Shown: piece after piece, positions 1-9,289 of the stretch
Position numbering within the stretch: position 1 is the stretch's first letter
Layout of the letters: each line of letters begins with the position of its first letter
NCBI GenBank assembly: GCA_028820795.1
Contig: JAPPHK010000309.1
Coordinates: 1 to 41,343 of the forward strand
DNA from: Nitrospinota bacterium
GTDB lineage: Bacteria; UBA8248
Length of the DNA: 41,343 nt
Reading direction: 5' to 3'
Program-made: the position numbers and the translations under genes
Notes under the pieces: model-generated
What the model was told of the DNA's origin: nothing
Databases searched by the model: none
The model's input: only the letters and a program-made list of their open reading frames with translations

Positions 1-2
1 AC

Positions 3-356
3 GACTATGTCGAAGAACAAGGCAGCGGCTTCCTGGTGAGGATCGACCGCAGGACCAAGTGGGGAAATCCCTTCCGGCTCGGCAAGTACGACGACGTCAT
101 GGCGCGCACCGCCGTCATCGAGAAGTACCGGCGTTGGCTGTGGGAAAAAATCCGGAACGAGGAGGTGGACCTCTACGAACTCGCCGACCTGCAAGGCTGC
201 GAGCTCGGCTGCCACTGCCATCCCCTCCCGTGCCACGGCGACGTCTTAGCGCGCGCCGCCGAATGGGCAGCGAGGTATCTCGACGGGATGCCCAAGGAAG
301 TGGGGCGCAACGAGCGTGGCTACGCTCTTCCCGAATTCAACCATCCCCTCGCCTGA
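3..356 (+). CDS. DUF4326 domain protein (probably 5'-truncated by window edge)
   Basis: Motifs IDRRTKWGNPF and LGCHCHPLPCHGDVL typical of DUF4326; the frame is open from the window start (DYVEEQGSGFLVRIDRR), ORF track starts at GTG 36. Confidence 0.85.
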   Translation, partial: DYVEEQGSGFLVRIDRRTKWGNPFRLGKYDDVMARTAVIEKYRRWLWEKIRNEEVDLYELADLQGCELGCHCHPLPCHGDVLARAAEWAARYLDGMPKEVGRNERGYALPEFNHPLA

Positions 357-377
357 GGACAACGAAAGGAGTGAACG

Positions 378-1331
378 ATGAACGCCACCGCGACACACAA
401 GGAGATGATCATGCACGAGTACGCAGAGCACGAAGCGCAGAACGAATCCTTCACCGCCATGGTATGCGAGCAGGCCGCCCTGTTCGGCGCGACCCCCGGA
501 CCGGACGAGTTCGACAACCGCCCCGTGTGGGACGAGGCCGAGGCCACCGACGCCGTCCTCAAGGCCTTCGGTATCCTGGCCCAAGCCGCGCCCGACGGAA
601 CGCAACTCGCCGATGAGCGGGCGAGCCTCCTGTGGGGCTTCGTCAACACCCTGGACGCGCAGACACAGCGCCTCGACCGCGCCGCCGACAGGCTCATCCC
701 CGGGGTTCGGGAACTCCAGCGCGAGCAGGACGGATCGGAGATCAGGTCCCGCGAACTCGAACTCGCAACCGACAGGGCGCAGAACCTGAATGATCGGCGA
801 GATGCGTTCGAGCAACTCCGTGACGCCGCCGCAGAGGCCTACCGCGCCGAGACCGGCGAGGTATGGAGGCCGAGGCGAGGCTCCCACGTCAGCCAGACCG
901 GCAAGCTCACCTCCGCCGTCATCGAGGCGCGTGACTTCCAAAGGGCGAAAAAGGACCGCGAGAACACCGCGCATCTCCCCCAGGGAACCCTCGTCGCCGT
1001 CGCGGGTGGAAAGGAGTCAACCGACGCGGGCAAAATCATCGCGCACCTCGACAAGGTCAAGGCCAAGTACGCCGACGTCGTCCTCGTCCACGGCGGCGGC
1101 CCGGGTGCCGAGAAGATAGCGGCGGGATGGGCCGAGCGGAACGGCGTCCACCAGATCGTCTGCAAGCCCGACTGGGACGCGCACGGCAGGGCGGCTCCCT
1201 TCCGCCGCAACGACGAGCTGCTCAACCTCCTGCCCAAGGGCGTGATCGCGTTCCCGGGTTCGGGCATCACCGACAACCTCGTCGACAAGGCCCGCTCGCT
1301 CGGCATCCCCGTCCAGAAAATCGCCGCCTGA
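378..1331 (+). CDS. DUF2493 / YspA-like SLOG domain protein of plasmid/ICE backbones
   Basis: C-terminal VAVAGG..VLVHGGGPGAEKIAAGWA..PDW..HGRAAPFRRNDELL..VIAFPGSG; helical N-terminus; RBS aaaggag upstream. Confidence 0.85.
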   Translation: MNATATHKEMIMHEYAEHEAQNESFTAMVCEQAALFGATPGPDEFDNRPVWDEAEATDAVLKAFGILAQAAPDGTQLADERASLLWGFVNTLDAQTQRLDRAADRLIPGVRELQREQDGSEIRSRELELATDRAQNLNDRRDAFEQLRDAAAEAYRAETGEVWRPRRGSHVSQTGKLTSAVIEARDFQRAKKDRENTAHLPQGTLVAVAGGKESTDAGKIIAHLDKVKAKYADVVLVHGGGPGAEKIAAGWAERNGVHQIVCKPDWDAHGRAAPFRRNDELLNLLPKGVIAFPGSGITDNLVDKARSLGIPVQKIAA

Positions 1332-1343
1332 TGCGGGCGCTCC

Positions 1344-1380
1344 AAGGGTCGCGTCGTCGCCCGACGGCGCGGCCCTTCTT
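1344..1380 (+). terminator. Probable intrinsic terminator
   Basis: aagggtcgcgtcgtc-gccc-gacggcgcggccctt hairpin with G-U pairs and a short T-rich tail, just after the 1331 stop. Confidence 0.65.
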
Positions 1381-1649
1381 CACGCCTTCGTCCACTCCTC
1401 CCCGCATCGTTCCACTCGCTTCTTCCCGCTCACTCGCCGCGGCGGCTCCCGCTCGCCATGTTCGCCGGCGCTGGTTTCCCCATCTCCCGTTCCCACGGAT
1501 TCGGCAATCTGACGCCCTTCGGCGCTTCGGATTTCACACCGGACGCATCGCCGATGCAGGTGTCGCGTGGGCTGCGAACGACCGCGTTCCCCTGCGCCCC
1601 GCCTTGATGGATCATCCCCCCGCGCATCCCCGTCGCGTCGGAAAAAGTA

Positions 1650-1804
1650 ATACCAACCTGGTGGCACGCGAACCCTTTGAAATTCCTACACTTAAAAGTG
1701 GCGTATGCTCTTTGTAATACAGCGTAATACGGGGATTTCCTGCATGATACCAAATTGGTAGTACTTCGAAACGCGCTGCGGTATGATGGATACCGATTTG
1801 GTAT
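1650..1804. promoter_or_regulatory. Three imperfect palindromes ATACC-N5-GGT (operator / oriT-like sites)
   Basis: ataccaacctggt 1650-1662, gataccaaattggtag 1746-1761, gataccgatttggtat 1789-1804; tandem gtaatac x2 near 1714-1730. Confidence 0.45.
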
Positions 1805-1935
1805 TGCCGGATTCCGGTATCGATTCGAGACCTTCCCGGTTCGCGACGAGTGTATTCGGTGAAAGAAAACCGGAATTTCCCAATCGCTTTGGACCGGAAT
1901 CGGTGAAAATCTTTACGATAGGAGCGACAAAACGA

Positions 1936-2226
1936 ATGGCTCAGACAGCACAGAAGAACATCCGTTTCACGTTTGAGCAGTGGAAACGCGTCGAGAAAGA
2001 GGCGGAAAAACGCGAGATGTCACCCAACCAACTTGTGGTCGAACTCGTGATGGAAGCCCTGGCTCGTCGGGAATGGCCCCGCACAGAGGCGGAAATCCAC
2101 CTGTTGCGCTCCGCCATGTTCACCGCGCAGGCCATCATTCGCGACATGGAGAAGGCCGGACGCGAGGAAGAGATCGAGCAAATCAGCAGGAATATCTCCG
2201 AAGTCGCGCCGGAATTGCCGGACTAA
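1936..2226 (+). CDS. Small ribbon-helix-helix (CopG/relaxosome accessory-like) DNA-binding protein
   Basis: KNIRFTFEQWKRVEKEAEKREMSPNQLVVELVMEAL fits strand-helix-helix; ATG 1936 follows ggag and is preferred over the ORF-track start 1783. Confidence 0.6.
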   Translation: MAQTAQKNIRFTFEQWKRVEKEAEKREMSPNQLVVELVMEALARREWPRTEAEIHLLRSAMFTAQAIIRDMEKAGREEEIEQISRNISEVAPELPD

Positions 2227-2499
2227 TCGGCAATTAACCCGAGGGATCGGTCAGATTCGGGGTAGCGTTGATGTGCGAGTTAACCTCCCTAATCCGGGGG
2301 AATCAGACAGATAAAGTCAAAGACATTTACAAACGCGTCGGGAACATAGACTGTCTTCGTCGCCTGTGCAACATCATGCTGCCCGACGCTTTCGCTTGAT
2401 ATTTTGCTGTTCAAAATACGGGCTGTTTTTACTCGCTGAACATGCACGGGAGTGAACACGACTGTCGTCAGTCCCAAGTCTAGATTTGCTATGACCGAT

Positions 2500-2893
2500 G
2501 CCAGCCGCGCAGTGGGCGAGACCCTGCGGTGCGATGACGCCAAGCTCCGCTAGATGTCCCCGCAACGCGTTGATTGCCTGGGTGCGCTGGCGAACTAGCA
2601 AATAGTGCGTGCGGAAAAGAATCCCCCTAGGCCTGCTACACTTCGATCTTCACCGCCACGGACTTCATGGTCGGGCTGGAGGCTACCTCGCAGATCGCTT
2701 CCGCATCCGAAGTGTCGTTCTTGTAGTATTTTATGGAGGGCTTCATGTAGACCGGTGGCACGAAATTCACCTCATGACGGAGTATTCCGATCTCGCGGCT
2801 CCAGTAGTATGCGCTCGCGCATGCGTCCATCCCATCGACAATAGCTCCGGCTGCTCTAGTATAACTGACCGCAGGAGTTGCAATCCGCATCAA
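2500..2893 (-). pseudogene. IS110/IS1111-family transposase, degenerate N-terminal fragment
   Basis: MDACASAYYWSREI..VPPVYMKP..KNDTSDAEAICE..PTMKSVAVK, then after a frameshift LVRQRTQAINALRGHLAELGVIAPQG. Confidence 0.85.
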
Positions 2894-2896
2894 GCA

Positions 2897-3736
2897 TCAT
2901 ATAAAAACTCCCGCTAAATGATTTTCGTGTTTGAACCTATCTAGGTATGAAATACAAAAACTGGAGTAAAGAGAATCAACCCGCCTCATCTTTCTCAAAT
3001 TTGCGATTGCATACTCATAAATATCAACATGGAAAGAATCTCCAGAATCTAATTTCTGAAAAGCCTTCTTAGCAACCTTAATCAATTCCTTCATTTTATC
3101 TCGAAGAGCGATGCGGGATTTCACAAAATCAGTGTGGTTCAGATGATAATACTCAATCGATTTATCGGCTCTTGAATATGCTTTCTTGCTCTCATCCTCA
3201 CCAAACCTAGGCATTGCTTCGCCATCTTCCTTGAATACGATGAACCCAACATCTGCTGCTCGGCAGGGGTCAAGTAGTAAAGGTTCTTCTGCCGAACAGT
3301 CACTTTCAGGAAGCCATGCCCTCGTTGATTCATCCCAAAGTGGAAAATGATCTGCTTTCCCTCCAACGACATCCGTATTCAAATCTCGCCGGCGGCGGTT
3401 GGCTACAATACAGCTGTAACGGTAGTTTTCAGGGGAAAATGCAAGCCACCAATACCCAGGGTGCGGATTTTCTCTATCGCACAACTCAGCAATGCGCTTT
3501 TTGGGTCTATAGTGATCGACATCTACATCGGTCCCCTGTTGGGGAGATTCTGTGTACCAACATTTATCATGAAAGATTTCCCGTAACTGAGGTTTTATCT
3601 GGGCCCAAACGTTGCTGTTAGATTCAATGAGATTCGCTCTTTCGGTTTCGTTTTCCGCTTCGAGTAACTGTTGCTTTAGCAGATCGGTCTGTGAGGGCAT
3701 CTTAATTTTCTCTGGATCATAATCAACACACCTCAT
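2897..3736 (-). CDS. HNH endonuclease, PtuB-like partner of the upstream ABC ATPase
   Basis: KCWYTES..VDHYRPK..GYWWLAF..NYRYSC..ANR..GGKADHFPL..PLLLDPC; ATG 3736 is 1 nt after the ATPase stop, with gaggag RBS. Confidence 0.85.
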   Translation of the reverse strand: MRCVDYDPEKIKMPSQTDLLKQQLLEAENETERANLIESNSNVWAQIKPQLREIFHDKCWYTESPQQGTDVDVDHYRPKKRIAELCDRENPHPGYWWLAFSPENYRYSCIVANRRRRDLNTDVVGGKADHFPLWDESTRAWLPESDCSAEEPLLLDPCRAADVGFIVFKEDGEAMPRFGEDESKKAYSRADKSIEYYHLNHTDFVKSRIALRDKMKELIKVAKKAFQKLDSGDSFHVDIYEYAIANLRKMRRVDSLYSSFCISYLDRFKHENHLAGVFI

Positions 3737-3737
3737 C

Positions 3738-5357
3738 TTAAGACTCCTCGAGTTTTTCTTTCTCAAGAAGTCCATGAACGATTTCTTGCGCTTTATCAGT
3801 CCGCCGCTTCAAAACGTCGGGCGTAGGTTCTTCTTCTTGAAATAGCTCGCTTTCGGCTTTGTGTCGGGCTTTCAGAAACTCCTGATAATCGTTATCCCAA
3901 TGGGCTGTGTTAAACCCAAGATATTCAATCGTCTGATCAAGTTCTTTCAGTTTGTTTTGCTCTGCTTGATTGAGTTTTTCTTTTTCGATTAATTTTCTGC
4001 GTTCACGGAGGAGGTTTTCTGTAGGGTTGTCAAGCGTGCCACGTAAGCCAAACATATCGCTGGTAAGAATACCAGCGTACCCCATACCACGTGGACTTTC
4101 GGCAGGAGCTTGAGCGTGTACTTGGCCCCCTCCATCTCTCCAAGTAACCTGCACTTGATTTTTCTCTAATTCAGCGATGGCAAGCGGATGGTGCGTCACC
4201 ATCAACAAATGGCAGACCTCTTTGTTGGGCACAAATTTTCGTAAAAATTGCAAATACTGGATTGCCCATAGTGGGTTAAGATGTGTATCCGGCTCATCCA
4301 ACAAGAAAAGAGAGTCCTTGCCGCCAGTAAACTTCAGTAATCCCAACACGGTCAACAATTGCTGCTCACCTTCGCTAAGTTCACGAAACCTCAGCGGTTC
4401 TTCACATGAACTAACACGGACACGTACACTCACTTCGGAGATGATCTCTGACAACAATGTGCTCTCCAACATCTTGAAGAACACATCTTGGGTCAATCCT
4501 TCGGCAAAGGTACGCAGCGCCTCAACATCTGGCAAAAATAGATGAATAAATTCGTTGGGTTTCCCTCTTCCGGTCAGGGATGTTTCTTCCTGGCGGGTAA
4601 TCTTCACTGGGGCTAACGCGTGAGGATAAATAGTGTCTAAAAAATCCCGGACGACACCTGACGCCCCCCAAAAAAGCTCGTTTTTCTTTCTTGCCCATCC
4701 TGGCTTACGCATTACAAAATGGATGGAATCCAATTCTTCAATACCAAGATGTTCGCGCAAGAATTCTTTTTCTTCGTCATCTTGAGCGCTTAGAAAAAAA
4801 GCCAGAAGAACAAACTGGCTGTGGAATGGCTTCGCATAAAAAAGTGGGCGAATATCAGCTTGTAAGTTGATTTGGCTATTCAGCATCTTTCGGTAAAAAT
4901 TATCCCGATGCCTTCGAAAATAACCTTCCAGTCGGTCACTTGGACCGGAGTAATATGCGAACAGGAAATTCGGAAGAAAGTGGGTTTCGCCCAGACTATT
5001 GCGTTTTACCTTCGAGAGCGGAATAGACTTACCTTGACCGGTGAACTCACCTCCGGGGTAATTCCCAGTCCTAATTCTGTATTGTTGTGCAAGCTTACTC
5101 CTACTTGGGTCCGCATCCACTACAACCCAGCGCACTTTTTCGTCATCGCCCAGCTTGTATTTGATCTCATAGGAAAATGGTGGCGGTTCACCTAAATCAA
5201 GGTTGCGAAAAATCGCAACTAGAGCTTCCAAGATATTTGATTTCCCTGACCCGTTTCGTCCAACGATAACAGTCATCAGGTTGTCTTGATCGAACTCAAT
5301 AGTGATATTTTCCAGATTCTTAAAACGCGAACGAATGCGCAAATAGTCAATTTTCAT
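3738..5357 (-). CDS. ABC/AAA_21-type ATPase (PtuA-like, restriction-system-associated)
   Basis: Walker A GRNGSGKS, signature LSEGEQQ, Walker B/D-loop FLLDEPDTHLNP, H-loop VTHHP. Confidence 0.9.
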   Translation of the reverse strand: MKIDYLRIRSRFKNLENITIEFDQDNLMTVIVGRNGSGKSNILEALVAIFRNLDLGEPPPFSYEIKYKLGDDEKVRWVVVDADPSRSKLAQQYRIRTGNYPGGEFTGQGKSIPLSKVKRNSLGETHFLPNFLFAYYSGPSDRLEGYFRRHRDNFYRKMLNSQINLQADIRPLFYAKPFHSQFVLLAFFLSAQDDEEKEFLREHLGIEELDSIHFVMRKPGWARKKNELFWGASGVVRDFLDTIYPHALAPVKITRQEETSLTGRGKPNEFIHLFLPDVEALRTFAEGLTQDVFFKMLESTLLSEIISEVSVRVRVSSCEEPLRFRELSEGEQQLLTVLGLLKFTGGKDSLFLLDEPDTHLNPLWAIQYLQFLRKFVPNKEVCHLLMVTHHPLAIAELEKNQVQVTWRDGGGQVHAQAPAESPRGMGYAGILTSDMFGLRGTLDNPTENLLRERRKLIEKEKLNQAEQNKLKELDQTIEYLGFNTAHWDNDYQEFLKARHKAESELFQEEEPTPDVLKRRTDKAQEIVHGLLEKEKLEES

Positions 5358-5367
5358 TTGGTTCCTC

Positions 5368-7056
5368 TCATCTCGCTAACGCGAAGATGTCTTCCTCTCC
5401 CCTGCGGTTGCGTGTAATCGTCCCTCTTTTCAATTGTTCCCGAACTTCAAGAAAAAACAATTCCAATTGGTCCGTCGAAACGTCATTGGGATAGCCCGCT
5501 TGCGCCAACAAGTCTTGGGTGCTCAATGGAATGTTTGCCTGCTTTAAGGTATCCAAAACTGAGATCGTTCTGATTCGCCGTTTTTTCTGAGCCATCCTTT
5601 TACCCTCCATGCTCTTGCTTGTCTTTTTTAGATTTTCCCGTTCTTTTCTCCTCAACCGGATGTGCTCCAACAACATATTAGCGGGCTCGTCCGTCAAATC
5701 TTGCGACACTAACTCCCCCCTGAAAGCCTTCGCAAGGATGGAATTCTTAAGAATCGTATTCTTCCTGATCGCATCGTCTACCAAATGACGGACATTTTCG
5801 ATCACCGAAAAAAGATTTTTTATCCGATGAACAATTATTTTCTGCTCTTCTTTGGAACAAAGCGGCACTTCGAATGCGGCAAGTTTCTTGGCATTAATGT
5901 TAGATTGGTTGACGCCGTCACTTTTAACACGCCAACAATAGTCACGCCCCATTGGGCTGTTCAGACAGAATGCAAGAAATTCCGGATCCAACTCATTCAA
6001 GGTACGGATGCGGATTAGATAGCCAGCATAAATAGCAACGCGACCACCAAGATAAACGGCCGTTTTTCCAACCAACTCAGGGCTATTCGTTCGATTGAAC
6101 AGAACGTCTCCAAACGTAAGAGAATACTTCCCAATTTCAGTGGGGTCTGATGTGTACACCAGATTTGACCAATCAAGTTCTCCGTTTTGAATGTTCCCCA
6201 TCCGTAGCACAGGGACTTTACCTGATGAGCTTGATTTCTTAGATGAGCCATATTTGAAGGACGACGCAAGATTCTCCAACTTAATGTAAGCCCAGCTATT
6301 TGGAAGTAGGTCTGATGCTGTTTCTTCCGGGGCATTGGAAATAGCAGCAATTTTTATTGATTCTGAAGAGGACACAACGTTTTCGAGTTGTCGCATTTTG
6401 AGTTGGCGAACTACCTTCTCAATAGGCACCAAATTGTCCCTTGATTCACGCCAGTCGGCAGTTAGATCTCCACAAAAGGCGGCGAGGAGGACAGATTGAC
6501 GGTATTGATCGAGTAGCGCCGAAATGGCAACTAATGCTTCCTTTGTCCGCTGGCTTTGATCCAACAAAGCGTCAGTCTTTTTAACGATGCGATGTTGTTC
6601 GTTAATAGGAGGAAGAAGGATCTCAGTTTGTTCGAATTTTCCTTTAGTGATGTGACGAAGCCCCGCCCCACCATGCGCCTTGCCTATAAGTTCCTGAAGC
6701 TTCTGATTAATTGCATACCGTAGAAAACTCTTGTTAATCCAGTTTTCATCTACCTCGATTTTGAAAATATGTTGGTTAAGGACTGCTGGACCACCGTTCC
6801 AAATATGTGCGCCAAAAGACGTGCCAGGTGTTCCGGACCACGCAAAGAGTAAAGCACCATTATCTATTAGAAATTTTTCGGCAACTTCACCGTTAAAATA
6901 ATTATACGGGGCCCGTGGATTGTTAAGATTCTGAATCCTAACAATTGGCATCCCCTCTTCCACCCAGTCAGACGGTTTGAAAGCTTTACCGTTGATCAAA
7001 TGGCATACCAATCCTATCTCTGCGGACACCCAATTTTTTGGAAGCATCTCACTCAT
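5368..7056 (-). CDS. hsdS: Type I restriction-modification specificity subunit with C-terminal extension
   Basis: Two TRDs with conserved spacers (LPPINEQHRIV; VPLCSKEEQKIIV; QSVLLAAFCGDLTADWR; SILAKAFRGELV); ATGA overlap with hsdM. Confidence 0.93.
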   Translation of the reverse strand: MSEMLPKNWVSAEIGLVCHLINGKAFKPSDWVEEGMPIVRIQNLNNPRAPYNYFNGEVAEKFLIDNGALLFAWSGTPGTSFGAHIWNGGPAVLNQHIFKIEVDENWINKSFLRYAINQKLQELIGKAHGGAGLRHITKGKFEQTEILLPPINEQHRIVKKTDALLDQSQRTKEALVAISALLDQYRQSVLLAAFCGDLTADWRESRDNLVPIEKVVRQLKMRQLENVVSSSESIKIAAISNAPEETASDLLPNSWAYIKLENLASSFKYGSSKKSSSSGKVPVLRMGNIQNGELDWSNLVYTSDPTEIGKYSLTFGDVLFNRTNSPELVGKTAVYLGGRVAIYAGYLIRIRTLNELDPEFLAFCLNSPMGRDYCWRVKSDGVNQSNINAKKLAAFEVPLCSKEEQKIIVHRIKNLFSVIENVRHLVDDAIRKNTILKNSILAKAFRGELVSQDLTDEPANMLLEHIRLRRKERENLKKTSKSMEGKRMAQKKRRIRTISVLDTLKQANIPLSTQDLLAQAGYPNDVSTDQLELFFLEVREQLKRGTITRNRRGEEDIFALAR

Positions 7057-8480
7057 TCTGCTGTCTCGTTTGTATCTGAATACTTGGGTGTCAGTAAATC
7101 GCTGAGTGCATCCATTTCTTCCAATGCAGTGCGGAGATTTTCCATGACTTCCCGGGCGATGCTTTCAGGATCGGGAGGGTTTTCGGTGCCGCTGTTGCCA
7201 TCGTCCTTGAGCCAAGAGATGTCCAAGTTGTCTTTTCGCTTGGCGATGTATTTGCGGCTAAAGCAACGGAATCGCCCTTCCTCGCCCTCATCTTTCCGTT
7301 CGGCTGTGTTATGGGGGTCGTCACCGAATGCTTTTTCAAAAGGCTCAAGATGTTTCTCGCTCAGTGGATTGCGTTTGCCGAAAGAAGGCATATTTGTCCG
7401 CATGTCATAGACCCAGACGAATTTCGTGTTCTCCTTGTCCTGTTTTCCGCGGCTAAAGAACAGCACATTGGTCTTGATGCCCTGACTGTAAAAGATACCC
7501 GTAGGAAGTCGCAAGATGGTGTGGAGATTGCATTTTTCCATTAAGTCTTGGCGGATTTTCTTGCCTACGCCTTCTTCGAACAACGTATTATCCGGTAAAA
7601 CTACCGCGGCTCTCCCTCCTGGCTTGAGGCCAAGGTAAATATGCTGCAAGAACGCAAGTTGTTTATTGGTTGTCAAAAACGGGATGTCTTTGCGCCCGTC
7701 ACGAACGCTTCCGGCTTTCGCACCAAATGGTGGATTTGCCAAGATGAGGTCGGCAAGAACTAGGTCACGCGCATCTTCGGTTAGCGTGTCCCCCAAAATG
7801 ATGTCTGCATCCATTTGGTGTAAAAAAATATTCATCAAGCAAATACGGTGGGTGCTCTTTTCAATCTCCATACCTTGATATGATGGTGGGTTTGAGGCGT
7901 AAGCTTTATAATTGTTTGTGGTACGGAGGAAATGTTCTGCAGAAATCAAAAATCCTCCACTTCCTGCTGCCGGATCCTGTATTTCTTCGCCCAACTGAGG
8001 CTTTGTCAGCTTCACGATGCAATCAACTAAAGTCCGTGGCGTGAAATATTGCCCAGCACCTGAACGCGCATCCTGGGAATTCTTTGCGAGTAATCCCTCG
8101 TAAACTTCCCCGATTCCATCCTCTGTTACTGAATGCCAGTCGATCTTCGCAATTCCATTGATTACGGCTCGGAGGTTTTCTGAATGTGAAAAAACCGTTG
8201 TTGGAAAGGCGTATATCGCTCGTACTGCCTCAGATTTAGCGTATCCGCCTAGGCGTGTCAGCATCTCTTGGTAAAATGCCAAAAGCTTATCACCGTCGTA
8301 ATCTAAAAGATCTCGCCACCGGCAGCCTTTCAGTAACAGTTTTTCGGTTTCGTTTTCTTCAGCAATTTTAAGAAAAAGGAGGTATGTGAGTTCAGAAATA
8401 TACTCGTGATAGCTGATGCCATCACCGCGCAGTATATGGCAAAGATTCCAAACATTTTGGATGATATTTTCGTTGCTCAT
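7053..8480 (-). CDS. hsdM: Type I restriction-modification N6-adenine methyltransferase
   Basis: GAGQYFTPR, motif I DPAAGSGGFL, motif IV ANPPFG, LHTILRLPTGIFY; EcoKI-like N-terminus WNLCHILRGDG. Confidence 0.95.
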   Translation of the reverse strand: MSNENIIQNVWNLCHILRGDGISYHEYISELTYLLFLKIAEENETEKLLLKGCRWRDLLDYDGDKLLAFYQEMLTRLGGYAKSEAVRAIYAFPTTVFSHSENLRAVINGIAKIDWHSVTEDGIGEVYEGLLAKNSQDARSGAGQYFTPRTLVDCIVKLTKPQLGEEIQDPAAGSGGFLISAEHFLRTTNNYKAYASNPPSYQGMEIEKSTHRICLMNIFLHQMDADIILGDTLTEDARDLVLADLILANPPFGAKAGSVRDGRKDIPFLTTNKQLAFLQHIYLGLKPGGRAAVVLPDNTLFEEGVGKKIRQDLMEKCNLHTILRLPTGIFYSQGIKTNVLFFSRGKQDKENTKFVWVYDMRTNMPSFGKRNPLSEKHLEPFEKAFGDDPHNTAERKDEGEEGRFRCFSRKYIAKRKDNLDISWLKDDGNSGTENPPDPESIAREVMENLRTALEEMDALSDLLTPKYSDTNETAE

Positions 8481-8482
8481 CC

Positions 8483-9280
8483 CTAGCAGTCCATTGAAAA
8501 AGGGTGGTTCAGCCGGTTTCCTGATTTTCCGTGATGACGCATTCGATGGCGTCCGGAGCGCTCACCGAGGGGAGCCAATTCAGGAATAAGGCAGTGTTGG
8601 GAAGTCCAACCTCTGAGCACAAGTACAAGAAAGAAGAACCAGACCCTTGCCACGGCCTCTACTGGGGTTCCGGCTCCTTCTAGAAAGCGTATCAACAGTT
8701 TGAGATTATGCTTGGTGACATGAATCGAGAAGCGCTTGTGAAAGTTCTCACGACTGTGCAGCAAAGTTCGTCGCATTACGCCCAGATACAGGATGTGGGG
8801 GAAGGATTGCTCGACGATCTCGGCTTGCTTGCGTATGACCCCTTTACCGATGCTCGATCGCAGATGGCCGCGATTGTTGTAGACAGCCCTGAGCGCCTCC
8901 TCATCCCCGTGCCAATGCGAGAAAGTCGCACGCCACTGCTCGGCGAGCCGGGATGTCAAGTGGCTACCATCCAAGTTCTGTAGGACAGCGCGCGAACGGT
9001 AGCATTTTTGGGCCACACGCTCCGCCGGTACTTCCGACGAAGGAGGTCCACCGGCATCCAGTAGATGGCTTTCAGCACTCACTTGCGTGCCCTTGATAGC
9101 CTTGGTATCGCCCTTGTCAGCGGGATACAACTCGGGTGCCACCACCGCGCCGATGTCGAGAGCGACGGTGTGTTCCGGCTTGCAAGAAAGACACTGAGCC
9201 CTTCCTTTATCTTAGCAACGTCGACCTGCTGGTCGATCTCGGGCATCCACTCCTTGTTGGACAGCTTTCTGCTTTTGCAC
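8483..9280 (-). mobile_element. Degenerate IS1182/IS5-like DDE insertion sequence (3' part with terminal repeat)
   Basis: Frameshifted transposase RKLSNKEW..AKIKEG / ELYPADKGDT..VAQKCYRSRAVL..AEIVEQSFPHIL..MRRTLLHSRENFHKRFSIHV..HNL; end ctttttcaatggactgctag (minus strand, 8502-8483) resembles IS termini. Confidence 0.7.
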
Positions 9281-9289
9281 TTGTTCGTT

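Noticed and set aside
2897-5357. Retron system (PtuAB-like effector plus RT)
   Set aside because: The only RT sequence is a truncated group II intron fragment about 30 kb away; no msr-msd seen
8483-9145. Possible hsdR remnant upstream of hsdM
   Set aside because: No helicase or HsdR motifs; translation matches a decayed transposase
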